Below are positions 38,374 through 47,659 of a stretch of 64,000 nt of DNA, piece after piece (the stretch's first letter is position 1; every line of letters begins with the position of its first letter). A program made the position numbers and the translations under genes. The stretch lies in the IMG/VR virus record IMGVR_UViG_3300021185_002017. The stretch is one strand, 5' to 3'. Source of the stretch: a virus. Taxonomy: Duplodnaviria; Caudoviricetes. The notes under the pieces were generated by a model, which did not search any database, was not told the origin of the DNA, and was given only the letters and a program-made list of their open reading frames with translations.

Positions 38374-38667
38374 CTAGCCGGAAAAGGAAGTTACCCCAGC
38401 CCATGCACAGCCAGTAACACCGAATGCGTTAGTAGCATCATCAGCAATTGCTGGGCCACCTTCGTATGCAATGTATATTGCTGTAGTTGCATCTACTGAG
38501 AAACCTTCAATACCAGTAATAGTGTAGTTTTGTACAGTTATTGCTTGTATTAAAGCATCCATTTTCGCTTGGGTCATGTTTGTTGAAACTGTTGCAGTTG
38601 CAATATGTATTACTCTACCGAAACCGTTTAGGTCTTCAGTAAAACCATTTACTCTTGTTTGTGCCAT
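38374..38667 (-). CDS. Small MAQ-start virion protein 1
   Basis: Own late box (38713-38720), GGAG SD and terminator. Confidence 0.75.
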   Translation of the reverse strand: MAQTRVNGFTEDLNGFGRVIHIATATVSTNMTQAKMDALIQAITVQNYTITGIEGFSVDATTAIYIAYEGGPAIADDATNAFGVTGCAWAGVTSFSG

Positions 38668-38731
38668 TTTGTTACTCCGATTTGAACGGGCTTACCTGTT
38701 GCCCTATGCAAATATTTATCTTATTATAGTC

Positions 38732-38762
38732 AAAAAAAATCCCCACATAGTGAGGATTTTTT
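38732..38762 (-). terminator. Intrinsic terminator
   Basis: ATCCTCAC TAT GTGGGGAT plus T run. Confidence 0.8.
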
Positions 38763-38779
38763 AAACTAAATGTTAAAAC

Positions 38780-39028
38780 TTAGCCAAAAGTTACAACTAA
38801 TGTTGCGCCTGTTAATGATGGTGTTGCGCCAGCGCCTTGTAAAGCGATGTGACAACCGTCATTTGCTACGTCATCTTCAATTGCTACAACGATAAAGCCT
38901 TCTGCTTGTGCTTCTGCTGTCACGTCTGCTACTGAGTTTGTTGATACATCAGTTACTGACATAATGTGAGTAGTTCCTACTAGGCCGTTAGCTGCTCTAA
39001 CTGCTGCGTTTGGGTTTGCTTGTGCCAT
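38780..39028 (-). CDS. Small MAQ-start virion protein 2
   Basis: Own late box (39078-39085), AGGAG SD and terminator. Confidence 0.75.
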   Translation of the reverse strand: MAQANPNAAVRAANGLVGTTHIMSVTDVSTNSVADVTAEAQAEGFIVVAIEDDVANDGCHIALQGAGATPSLTGATLVVTFG

Positions 39029-39096
39029 GGTTATTCTCCTAAATATAATGTAGAGCTAATTCTTTACTCTATGTACTTATTTATCAATCTAGTCAT

Positions 39097-39122
39097 AAAA
39101 AAAGGCAGTTAAACTGCCTTTT
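39097..39122 (-). terminator. Intrinsic terminator
   Basis: AAGGCAGT TTA ACTGCCTT plus T run. Confidence 0.8.
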
Positions 39123-39143
39123 AATATCTAAAGTTAGTTAAAC

Positions 39144-39404
39144 TTAGAATGATACATCAGCAATAACGTGTGCTGCAATGTCACCGTTTGCTAAGTTATC
39201 TGCACCTTCAACTATCATTTTAACTGTATCGCCTGATACTGCGCCAACTTTAAGTACTGAAAGGTTTAAGTTTTGAACAGAGCTAACTAATGCTGTTAAT
39301 TGAGTTGCTGAAATATTTCCTGATTGTTGTTGAAAACTTTTAAGAAATACATCTTTACCAATAAACTCGCCTGCTGCTGCTGATCTTCTATCTGCTTGTG
39401 CCAT
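39144..39404 (-). CDS. Small MAQ-start virion protein 3
   Basis: Own late box (39435-39442), AGGAG SD and terminator. Confidence 0.75.
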   Translation of the reverse strand: MAQADRRSAAAGEFIGKDVFLKSFQQQSGNISATQLTALVSSVQNLNLSVLKVGAVSGDTVKMIVEGADNLANGDIAAHVIADVSF

Positions 39405-39445
39405 GTTAATTCTCCTGAATTGAATATATGCTATTATTTATCAAT

Positions 39446-40003
39446 CTATGCTTTAAAATCCGATTTATTTATACTAAGAGCGTCTAAGTTTCTGGCTTGT
39501 GATTTTGCTTTTCCTAATGCTGAACTAAATGTTGTTCCAAGATCTGTTGTGTTTAGACCTGCTGTTGGATTTAATTTCTTTAATATTCTTTGTCTTGTGT
39601 TGCCATCACCGGCAGTATAATCTTTGACTGCATTCTGGTTACCTACTTGGGCACCTCGTTTTTTCTTAGGCTCTGCTGACAGTTTAACTGGAGAATCAGT
39701 ATTTGTTTTATCAGATTTCTTTTTAGATTTTCTGTCTTTTGTTTGTTTCTTGCCAGTTACATATTCACTGTCTGGGTACATATCTTGTACTGCTGCTTTG
39801 ATTGCTGTTCCTGCATTATAATTTGGCTTATTAAAATATTGTAAAGCATTCATAACAACTGAAGCCTTATGGAATTGCATTGCCCACTGATACTTGTTTC
39901 CGTTAGGATCTAAAAACTCGCCGTCAAATTCTTGATTAAGTAATTCAAGTGAATCTTTAGTACCTTGGGTTTCACGCTCTGCTATAATTTCATCAATTCT
40001 CAT
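39446..40003 (-). CDS. Putative head-packaged protein
   Basis: Starts MRIDEIIAE; basic central region. Confidence 0.7.
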   Translation of the reverse strand: MRIDEIIAERETQGTKDSLELLNQEFDGEFLDPNGNKYQWAMQFHKASVVMNALQYFNKPNYNAGTAIKAAVQDMYPDSEYVTGKKQTKDRKSKKKSDKTNTDSPVKLSAEPKKKRGAQVGNQNAVKDYTAGDGNTRQRILKKLNPTAGLNTTDLGTTFSSALGKAKSQARNLDALSINKSDFKA

Positions 40004-40806
40004 GTTTGTTTCTTCCTTCTACCAGCAGCCCAATAACCTGCTATAGCACCAATACCGGTACCTGCTTTTTTAACTGTATCAGGTTTTTCTTTAGCAAGTT
40101 TTGTTAATTTCTTAGCGGCATACCTACCTGCGGCTGCACCAATTGCTGCACCTGCTACTTTTTGTGCAAAACTAGTTCTTGGTACATCATATGCTGGTTC
40201 TGTGCTATACTTCCTATATTTAACCATAGTAGACATAGGTGTAAGTAATTCACTTCCTCTTCCTATGCTACGCATTGTTTGTAATATTTTTGTTACTACT
40301 AGTTGTCTACTTGAATACTTTAAATTACCCCAATCAGTAATAAATCTACGGTATTGTTTATACTTAGAATCTGTAATTTGTAGTTGTGCTTCTAGTCTAA
40401 AGAAGTAACTAACTGCTTCATTTTTTCTATCAGAGCCGTTTGCAATTTTTTTCATAAACATAAAATGCTTTCTAGCATCAAAGTTTATATTTTGTAAAAA
40501 AGAAGTACTTGCTACTCTGTTCTTTAATGTTATTTTATTACTCTTAGGATTTGCAATTGTAAAACATAGCATGTATAAGTCAGTAGCACTAGTTCTAAAT
40601 GTAGTATATCCACCATACTGGGAGGTTTGCTTTGCATAATTTGCTGCATAGCCATGTTGTACATCATCCTGTACCATCATATAAAGTGCAATGGTATTTA
40701 AATAAGTTAGATTAGCAACATCTCTACCAGTGAGCTGACGCATATTGCCAGAAGATCTGTATAATCTACTTTCAGATATTTCTTGATCTATAAATTCTAA
40801 TTCCAT
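40000..40806 (-). CDS. Putative head-packaged protein
   Basis: Starts MELEFIDQEISE; basic C-terminus. Confidence 0.7.
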   Translation of the reverse strand: MELEFIDQEISESRLYRSSGNMRQLTGRDVANLTYLNTIALYMMVQDDVQHGYAANYAKQTSQYGGYTTFRTSATDLYMLCFTIANPKSNKITLKNRVASTSFLQNINFDARKHFMFMKKIANGSDRKNEAVSYFFRLEAQLQITDSKYKQYRRFITDWGNLKYSSRQLVVTKILQTMRSIGRGSELLTPMSTMVKYRKYSTEPAYDVPRTSFAQKVAGAAIGAAAGRYAAKKLTKLAKEKPDTVKKAGTGIGAIAGYWAAGRRKKQT

Positions 40807-42095
40807 TATCCTGTTGGCTTCCCTGTTCCAAAGTTTAATCTACTGAATTCCATTCTGTCAACTAGTTTGAGAGCATTACCAATTCTGTCAATAGCAACAA
40901 AACCTTCTCCGCTTGTGGCTTTAAATCCTTCGCCATCGGCTGCAAAAGTTTGTGTGCTTTGTAATTTTCCTAACTTAGCAATAATGGCCAACTTTGCTTT
41001 GATCAACATCATGTATAAATCATACACTGCTGTGATTTCTCCTGCATGTTGTTTAATGAATGTTACAGTCTGAACCATTTTTTCAGTTTTAGCATCTTTA
41101 GTTGCTTGTCTTTTTACTTTGTCAATTTCTTTTGTAGACTTATCAATCCATTTTACAACAAATTCTTTTGCTAAACTTTCAGGGGAGCCAAAGTCTCCTG
41201 CTCTAATCTTATTGTTTACTGTGGCTTTTAGTTGTTGTAAGAAATCTTTGCCCACTAAGTCGTTGCCTTTCTCTAACCAATTAAACACATCTTTACTAAT
41301 TTGCTTAGTGTAAGTGTCAGCGGCTTTGATAGTTGCTAATACTTCTGCTGATTCTTCAGCAGTCATTGTTACTGTACCTGATACATCCTTAATGTTTGCA
41401 TCTGTTTGCCAAACACTAGATGTACTGCCTAATCTATTTGAATCGAATCCAAATGTTGCTGTTGTATCTGCTAGTGTTGGTCCGCCTGCGTACTCTGTGT
41501 GCCACACTATACCTAGCTCAGCACTTAGCATTTGCTGTGCTAGTTCACTGTCCTTTGGTAAAGCATAAGCAAGAGTATTAGGCTTAAAATATATTAAGGC
41601 TTCACCATCGTGATTCATTTCTTTGATGTCACCTTTTTGAAACATCAAGTCGCCTTGTGCAACTGTGTCCCATTTTAATTTGCTTAAATGTTTTAAACAA
41701 TTTTTTAATTTGATTCGTAAACCACTGCCGTCTTTGTCGCCTCTGTCTGCGTGGTACTTGTCGATGTCTTCTTCAGTGAAGTTAAGTTTTGCTTTTCCTG
41801 CAAACACACCTTTAGTACCTACAAAGAATTTGCCAGTTGCTGGATCTTTACCTGCTACGATTGCAGGTGAACCGTCCCACTTAACAGTCATATCAAATGC
41901 ACCTTTTGCGTTACCTTCTAACATTTGATGCAAACTATACAAGTAATCTACTGCTTCTTTGGCTCCTTGATATCCTTTGTTAAAGATATTATCTTCAAGG
42001 TGTTCCATGTGAGTGTTCTTGCCGTCTGCTTCTAACAACAAGCTCTCATTGATTACTCTAGTTACTAGAGGTTTTGATATCTCTATAAAACGCAT
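40806..42095 (-). CDS. Conserved T4-like phage protein with ligase/nucleotidyltransferase-like motifs (DUF6267-like)
   Basis: NTHMEHLED, VKWDGSPA, FFVGTK, EGFVAID, KLVDR. Confidence 0.6.
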   Translation of the reverse strand: MRFIEISKPLVTRVINESLLLEADGKNTHMEHLEDNIFNKGYQGAKEAVDYLYSLHQMLEGNAKGAFDMTVKWDGSPAIVAGKDPATGKFFVGTKGVFAGKAKLNFTEEDIDKYHADRGDKDGSGLRIKLKNCLKHLSKLKWDTVAQGDLMFQKGDIKEMNHDGEALIYFKPNTLAYALPKDSELAQQMLSAELGIVWHTEYAGGPTLADTTATFGFDSNRLGSTSSVWQTDANIKDVSGTVTMTAEESAEVLATIKAADTYTKQISKDVFNWLEKGNDLVGKDFLQQLKATVNNKIRAGDFGSPESLAKEFVVKWIDKSTKEIDKVKRQATKDAKTEKMVQTVTFIKQHAGEITAVYDLYMMLIKAKLAIIAKLGKLQSTQTFAADGEGFKATSGEGFVAIDRIGNALKLVDRMEFSRLNFGTGKPTG

Positions 42096-44960
42096 TTAGA
42101 TGCCTGCTAACTTTTTCATTTCTGACATTTGTACAACATCAGTTGGTATTAGCATAACATGTGATGTTACACTTTCTGAAATTAATACTTCGTATCCTAT
42201 ATCTGCCCAAGTAAGTCCTGCATGTTCTAGTATAGCACACATGTGTTCGTATGCTTCTGCTCTCATGCTTCTTGCCATTTTAACAAAAGTTGCGTATGCT
42301 TGTGGATCTGATTTTGCTAATCCACCTTTCTTCATTACTGGAGCTGCCGCTTGTATAAATTTATCTGCATCGTATCCTTTACTTTTTAGTTCACTTAATT
42401 TAGCAACTAATGCTTTTGCAGATGCTAAGTCACCTTGTAGTGTCTTAGACTGTAACATTTTTAACTCTGCTGTAGTAGGACCTGGTACTGCTTTAGGAGC
42501 ACCTTGTGCTGGCTGTTGTCCTTGTGGTTGTGCTGGCTGTTCACCTGCTTGTGGTTGTGCTGGTTGTCCTGGTTGTGCTGGTTGCTCTGGTGTTCCTGGT
42601 TCCTCTGGTGTTCCTGGTTCTGCTTGTTGTCCGCCACCGGACTTACCAAACATTCCACCAATTGCTGCTCCTACTACGCCTGCTGCTTTCTTTCCTAAAC
42701 TTGCTTTAGGATCTGATCTTGTTTTTTGTGCTAAGCCTGGTGTTTTACCTGATACCCAATCTTTTGCTCTTTGTATTAAACCAGGATTCTTTAATGCAGT
42801 ACCGTCACCGTTTCTGCCATACTTTGCCATTAAGTCTTGTTGCATTGCACCTTGTGCAGATCTACCTTGTGGGTCTTTCCAGCCTGTGCCGTCAAATGTA
42901 AACTTAATGCCATTAATTGTTTCTGACTTGCCTACTTTCAATTCTGGTAAATTTGAATCTTCTGCATCGCCATCTTGTGCTTGTTGTACACCTTTGCCTA
43001 TTGCGCCACTACCACCTGCAGAACCCCCTGTAGGACCGCTTGTAGTGCCCTGTGCGCCTGTTTGTTGTCCTCCGGCACCTTGTGCACCACCTTGAGGTTG
43101 ATCAGGCTGTGTGCCGCCCTGTGGTTGTTCTGGTTGCCCACCCTGTGGTTGTTCTGGTTGTTCTGGTTGTTCTGGTTGTTCTGGTTGTTCTGGTTGTTCA
43201 CCTTGTGGTTGCTCTGGCTGTTCGCCTTCTGGCTCTTCTTCTGGTGCTACTGCTTCTACACCAGCCGCTTTAAATGCCGCATCAACTTCTTCTTTTGTTG
43301 CACCTGCATTCTTTTGCAAGAATTTAGCAACATCATCTGACTCTGTTGGTGATTTAGCCGCTGTATAATCTGCTTGTAATTTCTCAGGATCTATTGCACC
43401 TTGCATACCTGTTATTGCTGCTATCTTATTTGTAAATGCTTTTACTGGAGCACTGTTAAGAATTGGCTTGATAACAGTATTAACTGCGGCAGTACCAACT
43501 GCTTTGGCTGCTTGTCCTACTTTGCCTACTGCTGACTTATATGCACCACCAACTTTTTTAGCAATGCCACCTAAATCTGGTGCTTCGCTCATTGTTTGTT
43601 CTATGTTTTCGATTAATTTATGCTCTTGTAAATGCTCCATGCCTTCGATAATAACTTTATTATCTTTAACATGTTTGTTGTACCATTCCAGCATAACAAA
43701 TACTGCTACTTCTTCACCTACTTGTTCAACTAATGCATCAAAGTCTTCGCCAACTTCTTCTGATAATACATTTTTCCACTCAGGATGTACAAAACTTTGA
43801 GTCAAGTTGTCTGCTACATCACCACCTACTTCGCTTTTTACTGCTCCACCAACTGATGCTGCAATTTGATTTCTAAATTCTCCAGCTTCTGCGGAAAATA
43901 ATCCATCCATGCCGCCGCCATTGGCTGCAACAATTTGATTGTATTCTGCAAATTCTTGTGGATCCATTAGCACACCCATTGATGAACCAAAGCCTTCTGC
44001 CTTCATTACAAGTTTGCCGTCTGTGATTTCAGCACTTCGTGCCATCATAGATTCGTATTTGTCTGCATACTCAGGACCAACATTCATTCTTCCTAAGAGT
44101 TCTTCGGTTGCTGTAGGCTGAGCTGAGAATAATTCATCTGCTAACGCATCTTCATCAGCATTTAGGTTATCGATAAACGAATCAATTTCGTCCATGCTCA
44201 TTCCTGCGTCTTGTCCTGCACTTGCTAAGTCAACTTCTTGAGCTGGGAAAGATGTTGACATTAAGTTTTCATCACCTTCTATTGGTACATCTCCAAATCC
44301 ACTTAGTATATTACCTGCAAGTCCTGCAATAGCACCTTTGGCTGCGCCTACGGCTGCTGTTTTAGCAATGTCTGCTACAGTTCCACCTGCGGCTGCTTTG
44401 ATAGCACTGTCTACTACTGTTCTAAATATTGCTGTTGTTCCTATAATACCAAGTACTGCTGGTCCACCTGCTCCTGCGACACCCATTCCAATAGTGATAA
44501 CTGTCATCATCAAGCCTTTGAATGCTGCAATGTCTTCATCATTTTCAATTGACTGAGCACCTTTTTGGATAGCGGCAACAACTGCTGATGCATTTTTGCC
44601 TGCAGGGTCTGGTAATTTTGCAACCATTACTTTTAATCTTTCAATAGGTACTGCGTTACCTACTTTAGATAGTATTGCTTTAAGTTTGGGATTACCAGTT
44701 ATTTTTGCAAATAATGGTGTTAGTTGAAGTTGAGCTTTCTTTGCTAGTTGAGCAGTGTTTCCACCTTCGCCACGATTAGTAACTAAGCTCTGAAATACAC
44801 CTTGTATTTGCTCTGGCGCAAGTGCTGCCTCGTTGAGTTTAGTTAACTCTCTAACTATTGTATTTAAATCTTCTCTAACAGAAACAGGCAGTTCTTGCCA
44901 GGCTTCGTTTATCTTAATATTTTCTGTTATTAGATCAATATCTTTACGAATTAGATTCAT
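42096..44960 (-). CDS. 954-aa putative head/ejection protein with Pro-Gln repeats
   Basis: Starts MNLIRKDIDLITE; Ala/Gly-rich; (EQP)n and (QPAQPG)n. Confidence 0.7.
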   Translation of the reverse strand: MNLIRKDIDLITENIKINEAWQELPVSVREDLNTIVRELTKLNEAALAPEQIQGVFQSLVTNRGEGGNTAQLAKKAQLQLTPLFAKITGNPKLKAILSKVGNAVPIERLKVMVAKLPDPAGKNASAVVAAIQKGAQSIENDEDIAAFKGLMMTVITIGMGVAGAGGPAVLGIIGTTAIFRTVVDSAIKAAAGGTVADIAKTAAVGAAKGAIAGLAGNILSGFGDVPIEGDENLMSTSFPAQEVDLASAGQDAGMSMDEIDSFIDNLNADEDALADELFSAQPTATEELLGRMNVGPEYADKYESMMARSAEITDGKLVMKAEGFGSSMGVLMDPQEFAEYNQIVAANGGGMDGLFSAEAGEFRNQIAASVGGAVKSEVGGDVADNLTQSFVHPEWKNVLSEEVGEDFDALVEQVGEEVAVFVMLEWYNKHVKDNKVIIEGMEHLQEHKLIENIEQTMSEAPDLGGIAKKVGGAYKSAVGKVGQAAKAVGTAAVNTVIKPILNSAPVKAFTNKIAAITGMQGAIDPEKLQADYTAAKSPTESDDVAKFLQKNAGATKEEVDAAFKAAGVEAVAPEEEPEGEQPEQPQGEQPEQPEQPEQPEQPEQPQGGQPEQPQGGTQPDQPQGGAQGAGGQQTGAQGTTSGPTGGSAGGSGAIGKGVQQAQDGDAEDSNLPELKVGKSETINGIKFTFDGTGWKDPQGRSAQGAMQQDLMAKYGRNGDGTALKNPGLIQRAKDWVSGKTPGLAQKTRSDPKASLGKKAAGVVGAAIGGMFGKSGGGQQAEPGTPEEPGTPEQPAQPGQPAQPQAGEQPAQPQGQQPAQGAPKAVPGPTTAELKMLQSKTLQGDLASAKALVAKLSELKSKGYDADKFIQAAAPVMKKGGLAKSDPQAYATFVKMARSMRAEAYEHMCAILEHAGLTWADIGYEVLISESVTSHVMLIPTDVVQMSEMKKLAGI
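42505..42625. repeat. Imperfect 9/18-bp coding tandem repeat
   Basis: Repeated tgtgctggctgt / ctggtgttcctggt units. Confidence 0.7.
43146..43199. repeat. Perfect 9-bp tandem repeat x6 (TGGTTGTTC)
   Basis: Directly visible; encodes EQP repeats on the minus strand. Confidence 0.9.
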
Positions 44961-45219
44961 TCTTTTCTTCCCGTTGGCTCTCTTTAATAACTTTTTTTAT
45001 GCCTCGGGAGAATTTGGAAGAATCTTTAGCACGAATGCTATTGACTATACGATTGGTTAAATCCTTTGCTTGATCTTCGCTGTAATGTGCTTCGATTCGT
45101 TCAATTAAATGTATTACACTTTCAATAAGGTGTTCGCCACGGTTTTCAACCGCATGATTTCTGTCTCTGTCTACAGAAATAAGATTTAATTCTTCTATTA
45201 TACTGCGAGTTTTACGCAC
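44944..45219 (-). CDS. Small hypothetical late protein
   Basis: Late box at 45248-45255; GGAG SD. Confidence 0.7.
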   Translation of the reverse strand: MRKTRSIIEELNLISVDRDRNHAVENRGEHLIESVIHLIERIEAHYSEDQAKDLTNRIVNSIRAKDSSKFSRGIKKVIKESQREEKNESNS

Positions 45220-45257
45220 ATTACGCTCCTGTTAATAGGCTTAACACTATTTATCAA

Positions 45258-46640
45258 TTAGAAGTCGTCATTCTTGCGTAAAAAGTCGACCATATTAAGT
45301 GCTTGTCCTACTGTGTCCTGTGTTTCAGGTTCATCTGCTTTAATACTACTGTTTCTTTTTAGTTGATCAACTAAACTGTTAGTACTCATTGTTAGAGAAT
45401 CTTCATCACCTTCTTCTAAATCTTCAATTCTTAATGTATCTGTATCAAATTTTAAATCAACTTTGCTACCAACACCTGCACTACTACGAGTTTTCATAAA
45501 TTGTATTTGATATCTACCTCGTTCTCGCATAGCATTACTTGTAAATATACCAATAACATTATCTGCTGTATTAACTTTACTGATACCACCTGCAATATGA
45601 CTGTGATCATATTCTACTTCTTCTACAGCACTTCTTCCTAACTGCGATGCTGTTGCATGTAGTATATCACGCTCTACTGCTAAGTTACGCAACTCTTCAG
45701 ATATGTATTTGTCTTTAACAAACAAGTTTTCTGCTGATATTTTAGCACTAATAGGCATCATTAAATCTAAGTAGTCAACTAATAAACAGTCTATTTTCTC
45801 ACCACATTCAATTTCATATTCTCGTAAAAATACTCTAACATCATTTGCATTTACACCACTTGGCATTTGCTTAACTCTGAGATTACCGGCGCCTTTTGCT
45901 TTCATACGCACTCGCAAATCAACATCGTCAATGTTTTTCATAACATCTCTTGTGCCATAACCACTAACCATTGCATCTAAACGCATACTAATAAGTTGTT
46001 CACTTAGCTCTAAACTGATATAGACTACATTTAGTCCAGCCATTACCCAATTAACTGCTAAGTTCTGTAAGAATAAACTTTTACCACCACCACTTGGAGC
46101 AGCAAATATATTAATCTCGCCTCTGTTCATGCCACCATATAACTTTTGATCAATACCTTTCCAACCTGTGCTAGTTGCACCTGCTTGTTGCTTGATCCAT
46201 TCAAGCCTTTCTTTAGGATTTTCAAAATAATCTAAGCCTAGATCTTTTACAAGACCAGTTTGTACTGCCGCTTTAATTTTATTTTCTACTGTGCCGTAGT
46301 CTTGTTTTTCGAGTAAGTCTGTGCTTTCAATGATTGCTGCTTCAAGTGCCTTGTGTCTACAAAATGTTTCAAACTCACGCAAGAACCAGTTGTGATGATC
46401 TGGTGTTATATTTTCAATTGGAAGTAATTCAACACCTCCTACTGCTTGTATTTGCTCCAGTGTGGGAATAGAATTAAATTCAGTGCTGTGATTTTGTAAT
46501 AATTCAACCGAAGGACGAAACTTTCTATTAAAGTATCCAGGGTCAACAATGTTTTGACATCTTGAGAACAATGTAGGATCACTGATCAAGAACCTCAAAA
46601 ACATTTCCTGTACTTCTTCGTTGTAATCTTTTATATCCAT
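45258..46640 (-). CDS. Replicative DnaB-like helicase (T4 gp41-like)
   Basis: APSGGGKS Walker A, SLELSE, LLVDYLDL, ASQLGRS, FMKTRSS. Confidence 0.93.
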   Translation of the reverse strand: MDIKDYNEEVQEMFLRFLISDPTLFSRCQNIVDPGYFNRKFRPSVELLQNHSTEFNSIPTLEQIQAVGGVELLPIENITPDHHNWFLREFETFCRHKALEAAIIESTDLLEKQDYGTVENKIKAAVQTGLVKDLGLDYFENPKERLEWIKQQAGATSTGWKGIDQKLYGGMNRGEINIFAAPSGGGKSLFLQNLAVNWVMAGLNVVYISLELSEQLISMRLDAMVSGYGTRDVMKNIDDVDLRVRMKAKGAGNLRVKQMPSGVNANDVRVFLREYEIECGEKIDCLLVDYLDLMMPISAKISAENLFVKDKYISEELRNLAVERDILHATASQLGRSAVEEVEYDHSHIAGGISKVNTADNVIGIFTSNAMRERGRYQIQFMKTRSSAGVGSKVDLKFDTDTLRIEDLEEGDEDSLTMSTNSLVDQLKRNSSIKADEPETQDTVGQALNMVDFLRKNDDF

Positions 46641-47623
46641 TATAGCATTCTCATCTTTACTTGTGATTTAATCTTATTATTGGTTGCGTATTTAATTATA
46701 CTCGCAACGGTTAAAAGTCTGCCATATTTGGCGACTGCATCTGCGGCATCTTTTACATCAACATGCCAAGGTGGGAAACTTATTTCCCAATTAAGTTCAA
46801 GAGCTTGTTCAATTAGCTCTTTACCTGCTGTATCTCTGTCAGGACATACAATAACTCGTTTACCTAATCTATCAATTAAGTGTGCCTGTTCTGGTGTTAT
46901 GCTGTTACCAAGTATACTAACACCGTCAACAAGTATAGCATCAAACACGCCTTCTGTGACAATTACAATTTCTCGTTCACTGTCAGCAAATGTATCAACA
47001 TTAAACACATATCCTGGTTGTAGTTTATGCAAATACTTTGGTGTTTGCTTGTCTGGTGGGGCAATATGTCTTCCTGTCCAGCCTACAATTTCTCCATTAT
47101 ATGTAAATGGCACAATAACTCTTTTCTTGTTTGCTATATCGTTAAAATGTAGCAAAGGGTATATGCCTAGTAGCCCTCGCTCTCTAGCATATTCTTTTAG
47201 AGCATTGCCATCTGCTAAACTATCAATTGTTTGTACATCTTCTGGCAATTCTACTGTGTCAAACTTGCTTAAATTATAAACATAGTTAGTACCTTCTGAC
47301 TCTTGTAAGTCGTCACTGTACTTTAACATTTCAACTTGCACTGCATGTATGTCACTTGTAGTGGCACCCATTTTCATTGCTAAGTCTTTATACTTCTTAC
47401 CCATGTAAGGATTAGGAGACCAACCTGTTTTGTGTCCACAGTTAAAGCAATTAAAACTAATCTTAGCACCATTAGAAATAACACCTGCACGTTTACGGTT
47501 ATCACTGCACACAGGACAATCAAATGTAGTCCAGCCACTAGGTGTCCTTGTACTACGCACTGGAAGATTGTCTACTAACAATCTATGTATTTGCTCTATT
47601 ACAGAATCCACACTCATAGGCAT
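46640..47623 (-). CDS. DNA primase (T4 gp61-like); start may be 47617
   Basis: CPVC...CFNC Zn ribbon, PKYL, VTEGVFDA, CPDRDTAG, KDAAD. Confidence 0.9.
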   Translation of the reverse strand: MPMSVDSVIEQIHRLLVDNLPVRSTRTPSGWTTFDCPVCSDNRKRAGVISNGAKISFNCFNCGHKTGWSPNPYMGKKYKDLAMKMGATTSDIHAVQVEMLKYSDDLQESEGTNYVYNLSKFDTVELPEDVQTIDSLADGNALKEYARERGLLGIYPLLHFNDIANKKRVIVPFTYNGEIVGWTGRHIAPPDKQTPKYLHKLQPGYVFNVDTFADSEREIVIVTEGVFDAILVDGVSILGNSITPEQAHLIDRLGKRVIVCPDRDTAGKELIEQALELNWEISFPPWHVDVKDAADAVAKYGRLLTVASIIKYATNNKIKSQVKMRML

Positions 47624-47659
47624 ATTATAGCAGAGTTAAATATCAAAGTCAAATAGAAT

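Noticed and set aside
43111-43368. Cys-rich (CSG)n plus-strand ORF resembling a metallothionein or RiPP precursor
   Set aside because: Reverse-strand read of the EQP tandem repeat.
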